Below are positions 18,849-30,314 of a stretch of 64,000 nt of DNA, in pieces. The stretch comes from an uncultured Verrucomicrobiae bacterium. GTDB lineage: Bacteria; Verrucomicrobiota; Verrucomicrobiia; Limisphaerales; Palsa-1400. The position numbers were made by a program, and so were the translations under genes. Position 1 is the first letter of the stretch. The number at the start of each line of letters is the position of its first letter. Under the pieces are notes generated by a model. The model worked only from the letters and a program-made list of their open reading frames with translations. It was not told the origin of the DNA and did not search any database. The DNA lies in assembly GCA_963702845.1 (NCBI GenBank), contig OY969763.1, positions 3,968,001-4,032,000 of the forward strand. The letters are read 5' to 3'.

Positions 18849-20102
18849 ATGGTGCAAACAACAACTTGTGGCAGCATTCGTCGAATCGGGATTATTTTGG
18901 TTTGGAGTTGCAGTGCGCTTTTGCTTGTCTGACTGCTGGCGCGTTTTCTCTGCTGGGACCGATTCCTTCGTGGATGGAAGCGACGAATCTTTGGTTTTAT
19001 CCCGGCGAAATCGGCGGACCGATGGAGAAAGGTCAGGGATACGCCGCAACGTGAAGTTATCAGGTATGGTTTTAATCAATGGTTCCTAGATTATTTCGGC
19101 AACGCCGGTGTTCTTGCAGTGCAACAAGCTTTCGTCACACTGAACCGACTGCCAAGTGCCACGCTGCTTGATGTAAACCGGTATCCAAGGAACGTCATTG
19201 GTTCCAATCAAGGTGCATATTACGCAAACATCATCGATTTAAAACTGGTGACGCTCCATACGGTGCTCGAGGAGATGGGGCTGAGTTCTCCACTCCGTTA
19301 CGTTTGGACGCTGCACTACATGGACGACGCTTTCTTGAATAACCTTTTTTTCTACGACGAGGCGAGCATGTCGCCTGAACAGATTGCGTTTTATCTACGA
19401 AAGTTGAATTTCGATCCTGTGACTTTTCAGCCAACCCCTTGGCTTAGCGGCCAGCGCTATACGTTTCAAATCGACATCTTGGGAATCCATGGACCGTCGT
19501 TTGCTCAATCGGTCCCAATCGATCCATCTATAGGGGTCATCCCTCCAGTTGCTGACGCAAACGTGTTCAACCGTGGTCTTTTTGCCACGGGCCTGAGCCG
19601 CGATGACGTCGGCGGTCTCAAATACCTTTTGCAGTATAACAACGTAAACGTCGAAACATTCGATCCGTCGGTTCACGTTCGATTGGCCAATCGCCGTCCG
19701 GTGGCCAGGACCGGTCGGCACCTCGGCGTCGATAAAATCACGTTTGTTAAGCACCGCAGCAATGGCGTGGGAGCTTTTTTGCCGATGACATTCAGATCCG
19801 CGGTTTATGTTCTCGATGGTCACCATGTCGAGACAGCCCTCGCCAATCGCTTTGTGACAAAGCCGGATTTCTTGTTCAGTGCCGGGCATTTGAGCAGACC
19901 TTGGGTTGAGCGTTCAGGAACCTCGAACTGGGTGAATAACAGCGCGGCAAACCACAAAGCCGACGGGGAGGGCCCAGGCGTTATCGCGGGCCAGACGCAG
20001 ATCACTTTTGATACTAACACGAGCCCTGTCACACTGCCTCGCTACCAATGGCATTGGGGCAACATCACGTCGGCCACTAATGCGGTTATTTTGGGTCGGT
20101 GA
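18849..20102 (+). CDS. Secreted hypothetical protein; N-terminus frameshifted (intact ORF from 19119)
   Basis: Signal-like N-terminus, AFSLLGP...GGPMEKG fragment in another frame, then a 327-aa ORF. Confidence 0.55.
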
Positions 20103-20461
20103 GTTGGTCCAGCTCGGCTAGTCGGGCCCGCACTAAGTTCTTCAACAATTTTCGATCGAATTCCCAATCGACAGGGATTTGAAAGCAGTGCTTCGTAACG
20201 ACAAATTTTCCCAACCTCGACTTTGAATGCTTGAATCACACTAGGACTCCAGGGTGCAAATGTTAAATGATGCTTATAGGCAGCAATGCCAGCGACATAT
20301 TTCCCGTTCCGATGGATGTTGGGGACATTCCAGGAAATTTTAGATTCCAGTTCCGGAAATTCGACAAGTATCAAATCAATAACACCCTTGATCGTCCTGG
20401 CTTTTGTAGGATCCACTGAGGCTAAATAGTCTTCAACGGAATTGAATCTTGGGGACTTCAT
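20086..20461 (-). CDS. DUF1801/YdhG-like protein (frameshift near C-terminus)
   Basis: SVEDYLAS, ISWNVP, AYKHHL; C-terminal LLKNLVRARLAEL in another frame. Confidence 0.75.
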
Positions 20462-20626
20462 TTCTTTTCGACGTGGGCAGGCAACAACCTTCGCCCCTCG
20501 CAACTTGGTCTCAATCTAATCGCGCCGTTACTCATCGTTCAATTTCTTTCCCTTTAGAATTTGCGGCAGGCATTTTTCAACTATCGCCTCTCGAGTTGCT
20601 ACGCAACCTTTTCGAGAAGATTTTCG

Positions 20627-21976
20627 CTACTTCACCGTTGGCAGGATGATGCCGAAGGTGGTGCCGCGGTTGACCTGGGTCTGGAATTCCAAGGCGCCGC
20701 CATGTTTTTCGACGATGCGCGCAGCGATGGAAAGGCCAAGGCCGGTTCCGCTGTCTTTGGTGCTGAAGAACGGGTCGAACAATCGCTTCTGCACATCCAG
20801 TGGAATTCCTTTTCCGGTATCCTGAGTTTCGAGGATGACGACCGGTTGCGGATGCCCGTTGAGACGTGCGGTTGAAGCACGCGCCCTTAAAACGACGTGG
20901 CCATGTTGATCGATGCTCTCGGCGGCGTTCTGGACCAAATTAATCAACACTTGTTTGAGTTGCTGCGGATCAGCTTCGAACGAATCGTTGGACAGCTCTT
21001 CGATACGCAAGGTAATGCCGCGTTTTTCGAGCTGCGGGGCGAGCAGGTCGCGAATGTCACGCAAAATGGGTTCGGCGGTCAGCCGTACCAATTGCGGTTC
21101 GGATGGACGCGCGAATTCAAGGAAATCTTTGACGATGCGTTCGAGACGATTGATTTCCGCGCCAATGACAACAACGTCTTCGAATTCTTCGGTGCCCTTG
21201 TTTAAACGGCGTTGGTGACTGAACAAACGCGCTTTGATGGCAGTGAGCGGGTTGCGGATTTCGTGCGCGACGCCGGCGGCGAGGACGCCGAGTGAGGCAA
21301 GCTTTTCCTGGCGCTCGATGATGGCGTGGGTTTGAACGAGCTTGAGCTGAAGCGGGGCGATCATTTCGCGATAGATGGTGACGAAGAGCCAAATCAGTGA
21401 ACCTATCAGCAATCCCAATGAACCGAAGATGACCCAGCGCAGGAGCGAGATGGATTTTTGCGATTCAAGAAAAGCGGCTTCGAGAGTTGCACGGTGGGCG
21501 TCGGCGAGGAGATGGCCGAGTTCAAACAAGGGCGAGACAGTTTTTTGAGTTTCTTCGATGTGACGTATCCTGGAATCTTCGGATCGATCCGGATCGTTCA
21601 AAGCTTTGGAACTGGCGGCGTGAAACGCATCAAAGGCATTGTCGATTTCGTTCAGCAAGGAAAGTTCGCGCGCTGAATTGAGCACAGGCTTCTGTTCATT
21701 GATCCAGTTATCCAGAGCGGCGCTATCACGTTTAAATTTATCGAGAGTGCCCGGGTCGTGCCGCAGCTCAAAAGTCACGAGGTCGGTTTGCAATCCGAGG
21801 ATCGTTGCCTGGAGGTGGTCGGCGATTTCAAAACTGCGCAAGTGGCCAGTGCTGAGCTGTTGTTGAAGGCGGCCGACTTCGCGCCAGCTCGAGTACGCAG
21901 CAAATCCGATGGCGCCGGCGAGGGTGATGATCACCAATGCAAACGTTACCAAACGAACTTTGAGAGCCCGGTTCAT
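20627..21976 (-). CDS. Membrane sensor histidine kinase (NtrB-like)
   Basis: Two TM helices; AHEIRNPL H-box, NLVQNA, DTGKGI, FDPFFSTK, GTGLGL. Confidence 0.93.
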   Translation of the reverse strand: MNRALKVRLVTFALVIITLAGAIGFAAYSSWREVGRLQQQLSTGHLRSFEIADHLQATILGLQTDLVTFELRHDPGTLDKFKRDSAALDNWINEQKPVLNSARELSLLNEIDNAFDAFHAASSKALNDPDRSEDSRIRHIEETQKTVSPLFELGHLLADAHRATLEAAFLESQKSISLLRWVIFGSLGLLIGSLIWLFVTIYREMIAPLQLKLVQTHAIIERQEKLASLGVLAAGVAHEIRNPLTAIKARLFSHQRRLNKGTEEFEDVVVIGAEINRLERIVKDFLEFARPSEPQLVRLTAEPILRDIRDLLAPQLEKRGITLRIEELSNDSFEADPQQLKQVLINLVQNAAESIDQHGHVVLRARASTARLNGHPQPVVILETQDTGKGIPLDVQKRLFDPFFSTKDSGTGLGLSIAARIVEKHGGALEFQTQVNRGTTFGIILPTVK

Positions 21977-22289
21977 GGGTTAGATAGTTATCAATGTGGA
22001 AAGTTCCTTACCACATTTCCGCAGTGTTAAATGACATTTTACTATTTGTTACGAGGAACGGAACGAATTTCCCAACACTTGGCACGGTTAGAGCTAAATC
22101 CCTGCCATCGGTAGACGGTTTTCGTGACCGATACTAATTTGGGCGCCGAGTGACACTCTGGACTCACTGGCCGAGTTAGCTTTCTCGGCTGGAACAAGAC
22201 TCGCTCGGTGCCCTTTTTATTTCGTCCGTTGTTACTTACTGTCTGCAATTTCCCGTACGCCGCTTTCCAGATTTTCGCTTCTGACATTC

Positions 22290-22601
22290 TTACGTTTTCT
22301 GTTCTGCGTCGGCCATTTTGCGGAGCGTGGCGAATGGGAAGATGCCGGAGTTGTGGCCGTCGCCCCACGTGGGTTGGAGACCATAGCCGCCGATGTTGTC
22401 GATACGCAGCAGAATGTACGAGCGGGGGGTCAGTTTGATTTCAGGACCTTTGTGCAGATTGCCCATCACATCCATTTCGCCTTTGCAACCGGCGCAAGGA
22501 CAATACTGGCGTAGTGATTTCAACGAGAGAAAAGTTTCTTTGCCGTCGTCCCATTTGATGGCGAGTTCTTCGCCGATGGTCTGGATGTCGGTCGGGCGCA
22601 T
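22290..22601 (-). CDS. DUF971 / GBBH-N-like protein
   Basis: LRQYCPCAGC, IGGYGL, WGDGHNSGIF. Confidence 0.85.
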   Translation of the reverse strand: MRPTDIQTIGEELAIKWDDGKETFLSLKSLRQYCPCAGCKGEMDVMGNLHKGPEIKLTPRSYILLRIDNIGGYGLQPTWGDGHNSGIFPFATLRKMADAEQKT

Positions 22602-22605
22602 AAAT

Positions 22606-23043
22606 CTATTTAGGGCTGAGGTGCAAATCGGGTTCGGTCCACGCGTGTTCTTTTTTATCGACGATAATGACGCGTGGGAGGAATTCGATGACGTGTCCAA
22701 ATTGTTCCATAGTAACGGTCCCGGGCAGGAAGGTCGGGTCCTGGAAAAGCATTTTGCCGAATGGAATTTCGGTAGTGCCCTGGTAGAATTTGACAGTTTG
22801 ATTGAGATTGGTTTGTGGAGTTTTGGTGGCATCGAAAATAATCCGATGCGACAGATGGAACGTTGGTTGTTGGATCTCCAACGACGGTGCGCCGTTGGTG
22901 TCGGTGATGAAAGTGATTTCCCACGGGCCTTTGCCTTCGCGCCGGTGCTGCATCCAACTGAAGAACACGAGGTAGAACACAACTGCGATCACAGCAGCGA
23001 TGCCAGCGTGGCGAAGGAAACTGTCTTTTCCGTCTTTTTGCAC
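22606..23043 (-). CDS. Hypothetical single-pass membrane protein
   Basis: TM helix then a beta-rich domain; adjacent and co-oriented with the DUF971 gene; start inferred. Confidence 0.65.
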   Translation of the reverse strand: MQKDGKDSFLRHAGIAAVIAVVFYLVFFSWMQHRREGKGPWEITFITDTNGAPSLEIQQPTFHLSHRIIFDATKTPQTNLNQTVKFYQGTTEIPFGKMLFQDPTFLPGTVTMEQFGHVIEFLPRVIIVDKKEHAWTEPDLHLSPK

Positions 23044-23184
23044 GTGGCAATATTCGGCAATCGAAGGGCAAAGGAAAGTGAAAGTGCGAACCTGTTGGGT
23101 GGCCCCTGCCACTTCGATCATGGCTACGTCTTAAAAGTATTGTCGCAAAGAACGTTGCTCTTGGGTCATGCTGTCGTCGGCGTG

Positions 23185-23949
23185 ATGAAAAGTTCTGAAA
23201 TTTGGCGATGGATTGTCGTGATTGCCGGTTTGTGGACGACTACGGGGGCCTTTGCTCAAGGTGGCCTGACAAACCCGCCGCCTTTGATGGAAGTTTCGCC
23301 GGGCGTCTATCAAATCGGGCTCGTGCAACTGGACAAATCCAATAAAAGTGTTCAATTCCCTGCTGTTTTAAACATGGATCACGGGTTGATCGAGTACCTG
23401 CTCGTCACGACCCGTGGGAAAACCCATGAAAGCCTGCTGAAGACTGAGGCAGAGCCATACCATATTCATGTCGCGATGCTGTTGCTGGGCGCGAAGGGCG
23501 CGGCGCAAACGAAGGAACTGTTGAACGTACCGACGGGCGAGTATCACGTTAACACGCCCGGAGCGGCGACGAATCGGTTGGCGGCTTTGTTGAAGGGGGA
23601 TCCGATTCGGATCGAGTTGGTTTGGACGAATGCAAATGGCGCGCGCGGAGCGACGCACCCTACCGTTAGCACGAACGCGGCCGAGGATTGGATTACGGAT
23701 TTGCAAACGGGAAAATCCGCGGCGCGCGGAACGTGGGATTACAATGGGTCGCGAGTTGTCGATGGCATATATATGGCGCAACAGCAGGGCTCAATTGTGG
23801 CCGTTATCGACGATGTGGATGCGATGGTGAATAATCCGCGCAAGGGACATGAGAACGATCAGGTTTGGGAGGTTCGCACCAATACGGTGCCGAAATTGAA
23901 CGGGAAGGTGTTGGTCAGGTTCAAATTAGGCAGTAAGGTACGCAACTGA
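23185..23949 (+). CDS. Secreted YdjY-domain-like protein
   Basis: Signal peptide; IEYLLV..GKTHESLL..HVAMLLLG; YNGS motif. Confidence 0.7.
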   Translation: MKSSEIWRWIVVIAGLWTTTGAFAQGGLTNPPPLMEVSPGVYQIGLVQLDKSNKSVQFPAVLNMDHGLIEYLLVTTRGKTHESLLKTEAEPYHIHVAMLLLGAKGAAQTKELLNVPTGEYHVNTPGAATNRLAALLKGDPIRIELVWTNANGARGATHPTVSTNAAEDWITDLQTGKSAARGTWDYNGSRVVDGIYMAQQQGSIVAVIDDVDAMVNNPRKGHENDQVWEVRTNTVPKLNGKVLVRFKLGSKVRN

Positions 23950-24088
23950 CCACACGCGGAGGAAACGCCACGCCGCATCGCCAAGATGCAGGCTTGAAAC
24001 TTTTGGGCTAAAACGGGTTTAATATGGTAGGCAGGTACCCGACTTTTTCACGAACGACGGAATTATTTGATTAGAACTATAGATACAA

Positions 24089-25370
24089 ATGCCAGCATTC
24101 GCTTACAAAGCACGTAAACGCTCCGGGGAAGTGGTGACAGGTGTTCTGGAAGTGGCCGACCGCAGTGCGGCGCTGCTCCAGATCGATCGCCTTGGCCTAT
24201 TCCCTATCGCCGTCGATATGCCCAAAGGTGCGGCGGCGGCTGCTGCATTGGCCGACAAGGGCGGTGCGACGAAGGGGAGCATGGATTTTCTGCCGCCCGC
24301 ATTGCGCAATATCGTCAATCGCAAGCGCAAACCTAAGATGCAGGAGTTGGCGACGTTCACGCAACAGCTCGCAAACCTGCTCAAAGCCGGCATGCCGCTG
24401 ACAACGGCGCTTAACAGCATGACGTATCTGACGAGCAAAGGAATTTCGGCGGATGTCGCCAAGCAGCTCAAGCAGGACGTCATGGAAGGTAAAGGTCTTT
24501 CGGATGCGATGGCCAAGCAGCCGGTTATTTTCTCGAATCTCTACATCAACATGGTAAAAGCGGGCGAGCAGTCCGGCGCGCTGGAGGATGTGTTGCGCCG
24601 GATGGCGGATCACTTCACGCGCTTTGCGGAAGTGCAGGCGAAGTTTAAGTCGGCGCTGATCTATCCAGCATTCGTTTTGATGGTCGGCATCGGCATTGGT
24701 ATTTTCTTCATGACCGTAATGTTGCCGAACTTTTTGAAGTTGTTTGATGGCTTCAAGATTCCCCTGCCCCTTGGCAACGCGCATGTTGATCGGGTTGAGT
24801 AACTTTTTCCAACATTGGTGGTGGCTGATACTGGCGGTGGTCTCGACGGCGGTGTTGGTGTTTTACCGATTCAGCACGACGGAGCACGGGAAGCGAGCGA
24901 TCGATCAATGGAAACTTTCCGTGCCAATCGTCGGAAAGGTGATGCGCTTAAATTTATTCGGACAATTCGCGCGCACACTGGCGACGTTGTTGCACAACGG
25001 TGTGCCGGTCCTGACGGCCTTGGAAATCACCGAGCAAATCATCCCGAACCGAATCGTGAAGGAAGCGATTGCGCAAACGCGACGCGAGGTCACGGACGGA
25101 AAAACGATCGCGCAACCATTGGCGCGCAGCAAAGTGTTTCCGCAGTTGATGGTCGACCTGATTAAAATCGGCGAAGAAACTGGTAACGTGCCCGGCTCGC
25201 TCGCGAACGTGGCGGACACTTACGAGAACGAGTTGAATATCGCGTTGCGCGTGATGACGAACATGATCGAACCGGTGATCATCGTCATTATGGCGATGGG
25301 TGTCGGCTTCTTGCTGGTCAGCGTGTTGTCAGCCATGTTTGCAATTACGTCGAACATTGGCATGAAATAA
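24089..25370 (+). CDS. gspF: Type II secretion inner-membrane protein GspF/PilC (frameshift near 24770)
   Basis: FAYKA, FTQQLANLLKAGMPL, AGEQSGAL, SALIYP, IGEETG, MIEP. Confidence 0.9.
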
Positions 25371-25404
25371 CACAAGTCCGCCACTTACGTTGCCGACTAC
25401 TTAA

Positions 25405-25872
25405 TTGATGCATTTTCACAAGAGCACATTTCACAAAGCGTTTACGCTGATCGAAATCATGGTCGTGGTTGCGATCATGGGCCTGATTCTCGCAATGGGT
25501 ATGCCATCGATCGTGAGAAGTTTGCGCAAAGAAGGAATGCGCAAAGCGGTGGATGATATCATGGAGGCGTGCAAGGCGGCGCGGTCGGATGCGATTATCC
25601 ACCAGAAAACGGCTGATTTGGTTTTGCATCCCGTCGATGGGACGATTTCGGCCCCGGGGTTCAAGGAAGCCACGCTGCCGAGCAATATTGAAATTCAAAT
25701 CCTCGGCGTGAATTTCGTGCAATTCGAACGTGCTGACGAAGCGAAGGTTCATTTTTTTCCCAACGGCACAAGCGACGAGTTCACGATTGTTTTGCAAGAC
25801 GACCAATTGCAAACGCGGAAAATTTCTCTCGATGTGATGACCGCGTTGCCGGACGTGGAGGCGATTAGATAA
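25405..25872 (+). CDS. gspH: Minor pseudopilin GspH-like
   Basis: AFTLIEIMVV prepilin motif; FFPNG. Confidence 0.75.
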   Translation: MMHFHKSTFHKAFTLIEIMVVVAIMGLILAMGMPSIVRSLRKEGMRKAVDDIMEACKAARSDAIIHQKTADLVLHPVDGTISAPGFKEATLPSNIEIQILGVNFVQFERADEAKVHFFPNGTSDEFTIVLQDDQLQTRKISLDVMTALPDVEAIR

Positions 25873-26301
25873 ATGAAAGTTAAAGGTCAAATACTAAGGG
25901 CTAAAGGAACACGCGCGTTCACCCTTATCGAAGTGGTCGTCGCGGTGGGGGTGTTTTTCATGGCGATGTTTGCAATCCTCGGGGTCATGAGCCAATGCAT
26001 TCGCGCCGTAGGAAGTTTGCAAAAAGATTCGCCGACAGCGGGAATGGTTGCAGCGATGGCGACGTCCGTTGATAAGTGGGAAGAAGGGTCTGATTCCGGG
26101 GATTTCGGCGATTTTTATCCGGATTATACGTGGGAGACAACCACCAATCGTTTTACCGGCATCACGCCGGGTGATGACGGTAATCAGCCGCCGGTTTTTG
26201 AATTGGACATCATCGTGAAACACAAAGGAGAGGTGGCATCGGCATTGAGCGTGTTGCACTACTCGCCGAATTCGCCGATGAAAAGCGGGTTCGGACATTG
26301 A
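25873..26301 (+). CDS. gspI: Minor pseudopilin GspI-like
   Basis: AFTLIEVVVA; small size; gene order. Confidence 0.7.
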   Translation: MKVKGQILRAKGTRAFTLIEVVVAVGVFFMAMFAILGVMSQCIRAVGSLQKDSPTAGMVAAMATSVDKWEEGSDSGDFGDFYPDYTWETTTNRFTGITPGDDGNQPPVFELDIIVKHKGEVASALSVLHYSPNSPMKSGFGH

Positions 26302-26975
26302 TGAAACTTTTTACTCACAAATTGAAACACGACGGCCGCAAGCGATCGCTCCTGGCGTTTACGCTGCTGGAACTTCTTGTCGCGATGACGCTCTTCACGC
26401 TGGTGCTGGTGTCGATTTTTCAATGTTGGAAGTTGATCGCAAATGGTTCAAAAGTCGGACTCGAAGCGGCAGCGAGTGCGCAACGAGCGCGCACCGGAAT
26501 CTTGACGATCCAGGCAGCGTTGCAGACCGCGCAAATGTCGCTCGGCAGTTTGGACTATTACACGTTTGAGGCGGACACGAGCGGCAAGTTCGCAGCGCTG
26601 GCGTTTACGGCGCGATTGCCGGACAATTTTCCCGGCTCATCGCTGTTTGGTGACTCAAGCACACGCCGCATCACCTTCCAGGTGGAACGCGGGCAGGATA
26701 ACAAAAACAACCTGGTCATGACACAGTGGCCGTTGTTGGTCGCCGTGACGAAAGATGCCACGCCCTACCCTATCGTGCTGGCGCGGGATGTCAGCGTGTT
26801 CAACATCGAGTTTTGGTCGGACAAAGAAAAGGATTGGGTGACTGAATTTCTGGACACGAACCAGATCCCCAAGCTCATGCGGGTTGCCCTGGGGGTTGGT
26901 TATTCGGCGCATGATTGGAATCGACCGCAGCAACTCGTCACGCGCGTAGTTGCGCCAGCAGCATCAGCCCATTGA
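26298..26975 (+). CDS. gspJ: Minor pseudopilin GspJ-like
   Basis: AFTLLELLVA; C-terminal W..E...PKLMRV. Confidence 0.75.
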   Translation: MMKLFTHKLKHDGRKRSLLAFTLLELLVAMTLFTLVLVSIFQCWKLIANGSKVGLEAAASAQRARTGILTIQAALQTAQMSLGSLDYYTFEADTSGKFAALAFTARLPDNFPGSSLFGDSSTRRITFQVERGQDNKNNLVMTQWPLLVAVTKDATPYPIVLARDVSVFNIEFWSDKEKDWVTEFLDTNQIPKLMRVALGVGYSAHDWNRPQQLVTRVVAPAASAH

Positions 26976-28120
26976 AGACAAGAATTACAGTTGAATCTCG
27001 CAACTCGAATGGTCAACGCGGCGTCGCGTTGATCATGGTGATGATTATTATCCTGACGCTATCCGCGATTGTGGGCGGGTTTGCCTATGCGATGAAGATT
27101 GAGATGACGCTGGCGCGCAATTCGGATTATGACAACGACATGATCTGGATGGGACGATCAGGGGTCGAATTGGCGCGCTTTTTGATAACACTGCGTCCTC
27201 AAGGGCAAAACATTGATGCGCTCAACCAACCGTGGGCAGGTGGGGTAAGCGTGGCCAATGATACGCTGGCAAAGGTGCCGACTGACAATATTGAATTATT
27301 TCCCGGCAAGATTTCGTACAAGATCACCGACCTTTCATCCAAGTTCGACATCAACATGGTCGTAAATCCCGGGTATCCGCAGAACCTTGTTGTTTTGCAG
27401 AATGCCTTGAATCAGATGGGCGTGACGGATTCCGGGTTGGTGCAAACCATTGTCGATTCCATTCAAGACTGGGTCGGCCCTCGCAGCGGACATGCGCGTC
27501 TGAGCGGCGCCAAGGACGACTATTACATGAACCAACAACCTCCGTATTATTGCAAATCCGGGTGGATTGATGATATCAACGAACTGCTCCTCATCAGGGG
27601 CATCAACGAGCATCCGGAAATTTTCTGGGGCTCGAATTCAACCAACCACACGACTTCCGCTTACCAATTAAAGGCACAAAACAGTCCATTTTTGCGGGAT
27701 CGACAACAACCAAATTATCCGTTCGGACTGAACGACATTTTTTGCGCGGGTGGCATTCAGCTTAATGTGAATACGGCGAAGCCAAATGTTCTGCAAATGA
27801 TCCCCGGCATGAACGACATGATGGCTGAAGATGCGCAGAAACGGCGCGCAGGGGTCGATGGAGTCGATGGCAATGAAGACGACGCTCCGTTCACGAGCCC
27901 ACAGGATATTTTTCAGTCGTTTCAAGGCGCAGGTCCCGCGCCCGCACCCGGAGGCGCGCAATTCGGCGCGTTGGGCCAATTGCTCGGTGTTACCAGTCAT
28001 CTGTTCCAGGTGAAGGTGGATTGCGAAATTAATGGTTACAAAAAGGAATACACCGCAATTCTTCGCCGCGTTCCGAACAAGCCCACCGAATTGCAAGTGC
28101 TTCAGTTTTTTTGGAAATAG
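26972..28120 (+). CDS. gspK: Minor pseudopilin GspK
   Basis: QRGVALIMV, SKFDIN, IQDW, ELLLIRG, LNVNTA. Confidence 0.85.
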   Translation: MKTRITVESRNSNGQRGVALIMVMIIILTLSAIVGGFAYAMKIEMTLARNSDYDNDMIWMGRSGVELARFLITLRPQGQNIDALNQPWAGGVSVANDTLAKVPTDNIELFPGKISYKITDLSSKFDINMVVNPGYPQNLVVLQNALNQMGVTDSGLVQTIVDSIQDWVGPRSGHARLSGAKDDYYMNQQPPYYCKSGWIDDINELLLIRGINEHPEIFWGSNSTNHTTSAYQLKAQNSPFLRDRQQPNYPFGLNDIFCAGGIQLNVNTAKPNVLQMIPGMNDMMAEDAQKRRAGVDGVDGNEDDAPFTSPQDIFQSFQGAGPAPAPGGAQFGALGQLLGVTSHLFQVKVDCEINGYKKEYTAILRRVPNKPTELQVLQFFWK

Positions 28121-28214
28121 CGCGCCACTCCGCGGTTGTTTTCATTGACTTCTCAACTGGTAAAAATTCTCATAGGCACGAATTCCTGCCGCGATAGAAT
28201 CGCCGGGAACACCT

Positions 28215-30238
28215 ATGACCAGGAGAACCTTCGGTTTTGTTATAAGCCTGTTTCTGCTCGCTGCGGCCCCGTGGCTGCACGGTCAGACTCAGCTGATCGT
28301 CAATGGCGGTTTTGAAAATGGGCCGGACAATCCGAACCCATGGGTGTTGGAGGACTCGATCGTTTCGACCCCGTCCGACGCCACCTACGCGCGGAGCGGG
28401 ACATATTTTCTGTGGCTCGGTGGCCTGGCGCCATGGTTCGATGACGCTTATCAATTCGTGACGCTACCCACCGGACTGTCCTCAGCGACGCTCTCGTTTT
28501 ATTACAACGTGAATACTTTCGAGGGCACGACCACAGCGAAGGACTTCTTTTCAGCAAGCATCCGCAACACAAGCGGAAGCACACTGGCGACGATCACAAA
28601 CTTGTCCAATGTGAACGCGGACTTCGGTGTTGGCAGCGCCTTTTACCATCAGCAAACATTCAACCTCCTGCCCTACGCCGGACAAACGGTTGCCATATAT
28701 TTTGAGAGCCAAAACGACAATTCGGCTGAAACGAGTTTTTTCATCGATGACGTCAGCGTCGCGGTGACGTTCGCAAGTGGACCAGCGGATTTAACGCCGC
28801 AAAATGTTTCTGTCTCGCCGACGACCGCCCTCGCCGGTGGAACCGTGACGGTGAACTACACCGTCGCCAATGCGGGTGGGGTCGCGGCGCCAGCAAGTCA
28901 CACGAAGGTTGTCATCAAAGACCCGGCCAACAACGTTTTCACCCAACAAATTTTTCCGACCGCTGCCGTCGGGATTGGAGGCACGACCAATGAAAGTCAT
29001 ACGATGGGTTTGGTCGGAGCCATTGCCGGATCTACAACGTCTACGTGACCGTCGATGCCAACAGCGAAGTGACGCAGACCAATACCAGCAACGATACCAG
29101 CATAGCGGTGCCGCTCACAGTGGTCGCGCCGGCGGGATTGATCATCAACCCGATCTACGATTCAACCATCACGAGCGATCCGAATTCCGCCACGATTCAA
29201 AACACGATCAATACGGCGGTTCAGCAGTATGAAGGATTATTTTCCGATCCCATCACTGTGAACATTTTGTTTTCGAAAACAAATACGGGGCTCGGGCAAA
29301 GCTTTACGTTTCTCAGCGGCGTGAGCTATTCGACTTTTCTGACCGCGCTGACTTCGGATTCAAAGACTACGAATGACGCCGTTGCGCTGGCCAACCTGCC
29401 GGTTAGCGCGAACAACCCGGTCAATGGCAACGCTTCGATGTTCTTGACCCTCGCGAATCTGCGAGCGTTGGGATTGAGTGGCACATCATCCACGAATTAC
29501 GACAGCCATATCTTTCTGAATCTTTCAATTATTAATCTGAGCCGATCGAGCATTGACCCGTCGAAATATGACCTGATGGCGGTGGCACAACATGAAATTG
29601 ATGAAGCGCTCGGGTTGGGCTCGTCGCTCAACGGACTCGCTAACGGCTCTCCTGCTCCCACAGGGCCGGTGCACGTTATGGACTTGTTTCGATATGACCA
29701 GAACGGCGCGCGCAGTTTCAACACGTCGAGCACTGCCCAAGCATACTTTTCCATGGATGGCGTGACAGACCTGGCGCGTTTCAATCAAACGCAGAACGGG
29801 GATTTTCAAGATTGGTACAGCCCGGGTGGCCAAACGCCACGAGTCCAGGATGCGTTTGGAACGCCCGGAGCTACGCCGAACCTGGGCGTCGAACTGATCG
29901 CGCTGGATGCAATTGGTTACAACCTAGTGAGCGCAGTTCCAGTTCCGAGAATCATCAACGCTTCGAAAAGCGGCAACACGATCGCGCTGACCTGGACGTC
30001 ACAGGCGAATTTGAATTATCAACTGCAATATAAAACCAACGTGGCGCAGGTCGGATGGTCAACCTTGGGGAGCGCGATCAAGGCCACAAGTTCCACCACG
30101 AGTGCTTCGGATACGATTTCCGCAACGCAACGTTATTACCGTGTCGCTGTGTTGACAGCGTCGTCTTCGATTGTGTCCAGGCTCGCATCCGAACCGCCGG
30201 TCATCAGTGTGGCGACGAATTATTATCGGCCTTTTTAG
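28215..30238 (+). CDS. Secreted protein: jelly-roll domain + CARDB-like Ig + zinc-metalloprotease-like domain (frameshift near 29030)
   Basis: Signal peptide, NGGFE, TVANAG, ANLRALG, HEIDEALG, DLFRY. Confidence 0.75.
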
Positions 30239-30314
30239 ACCACCGCACGCCGCGCAAGCTCTTCCAGCGTAAAACATTCAGCAGGCATGCGAAGTGCTTT
30301 AGCAATTGCCAGAA

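Noticed and set aside
22393..23184. N-terminal extension of the 518-aa plus-strand ORF
   Set aside because: It is antisense to two plausible minus-strand genes; the signal peptide starts at 23185.
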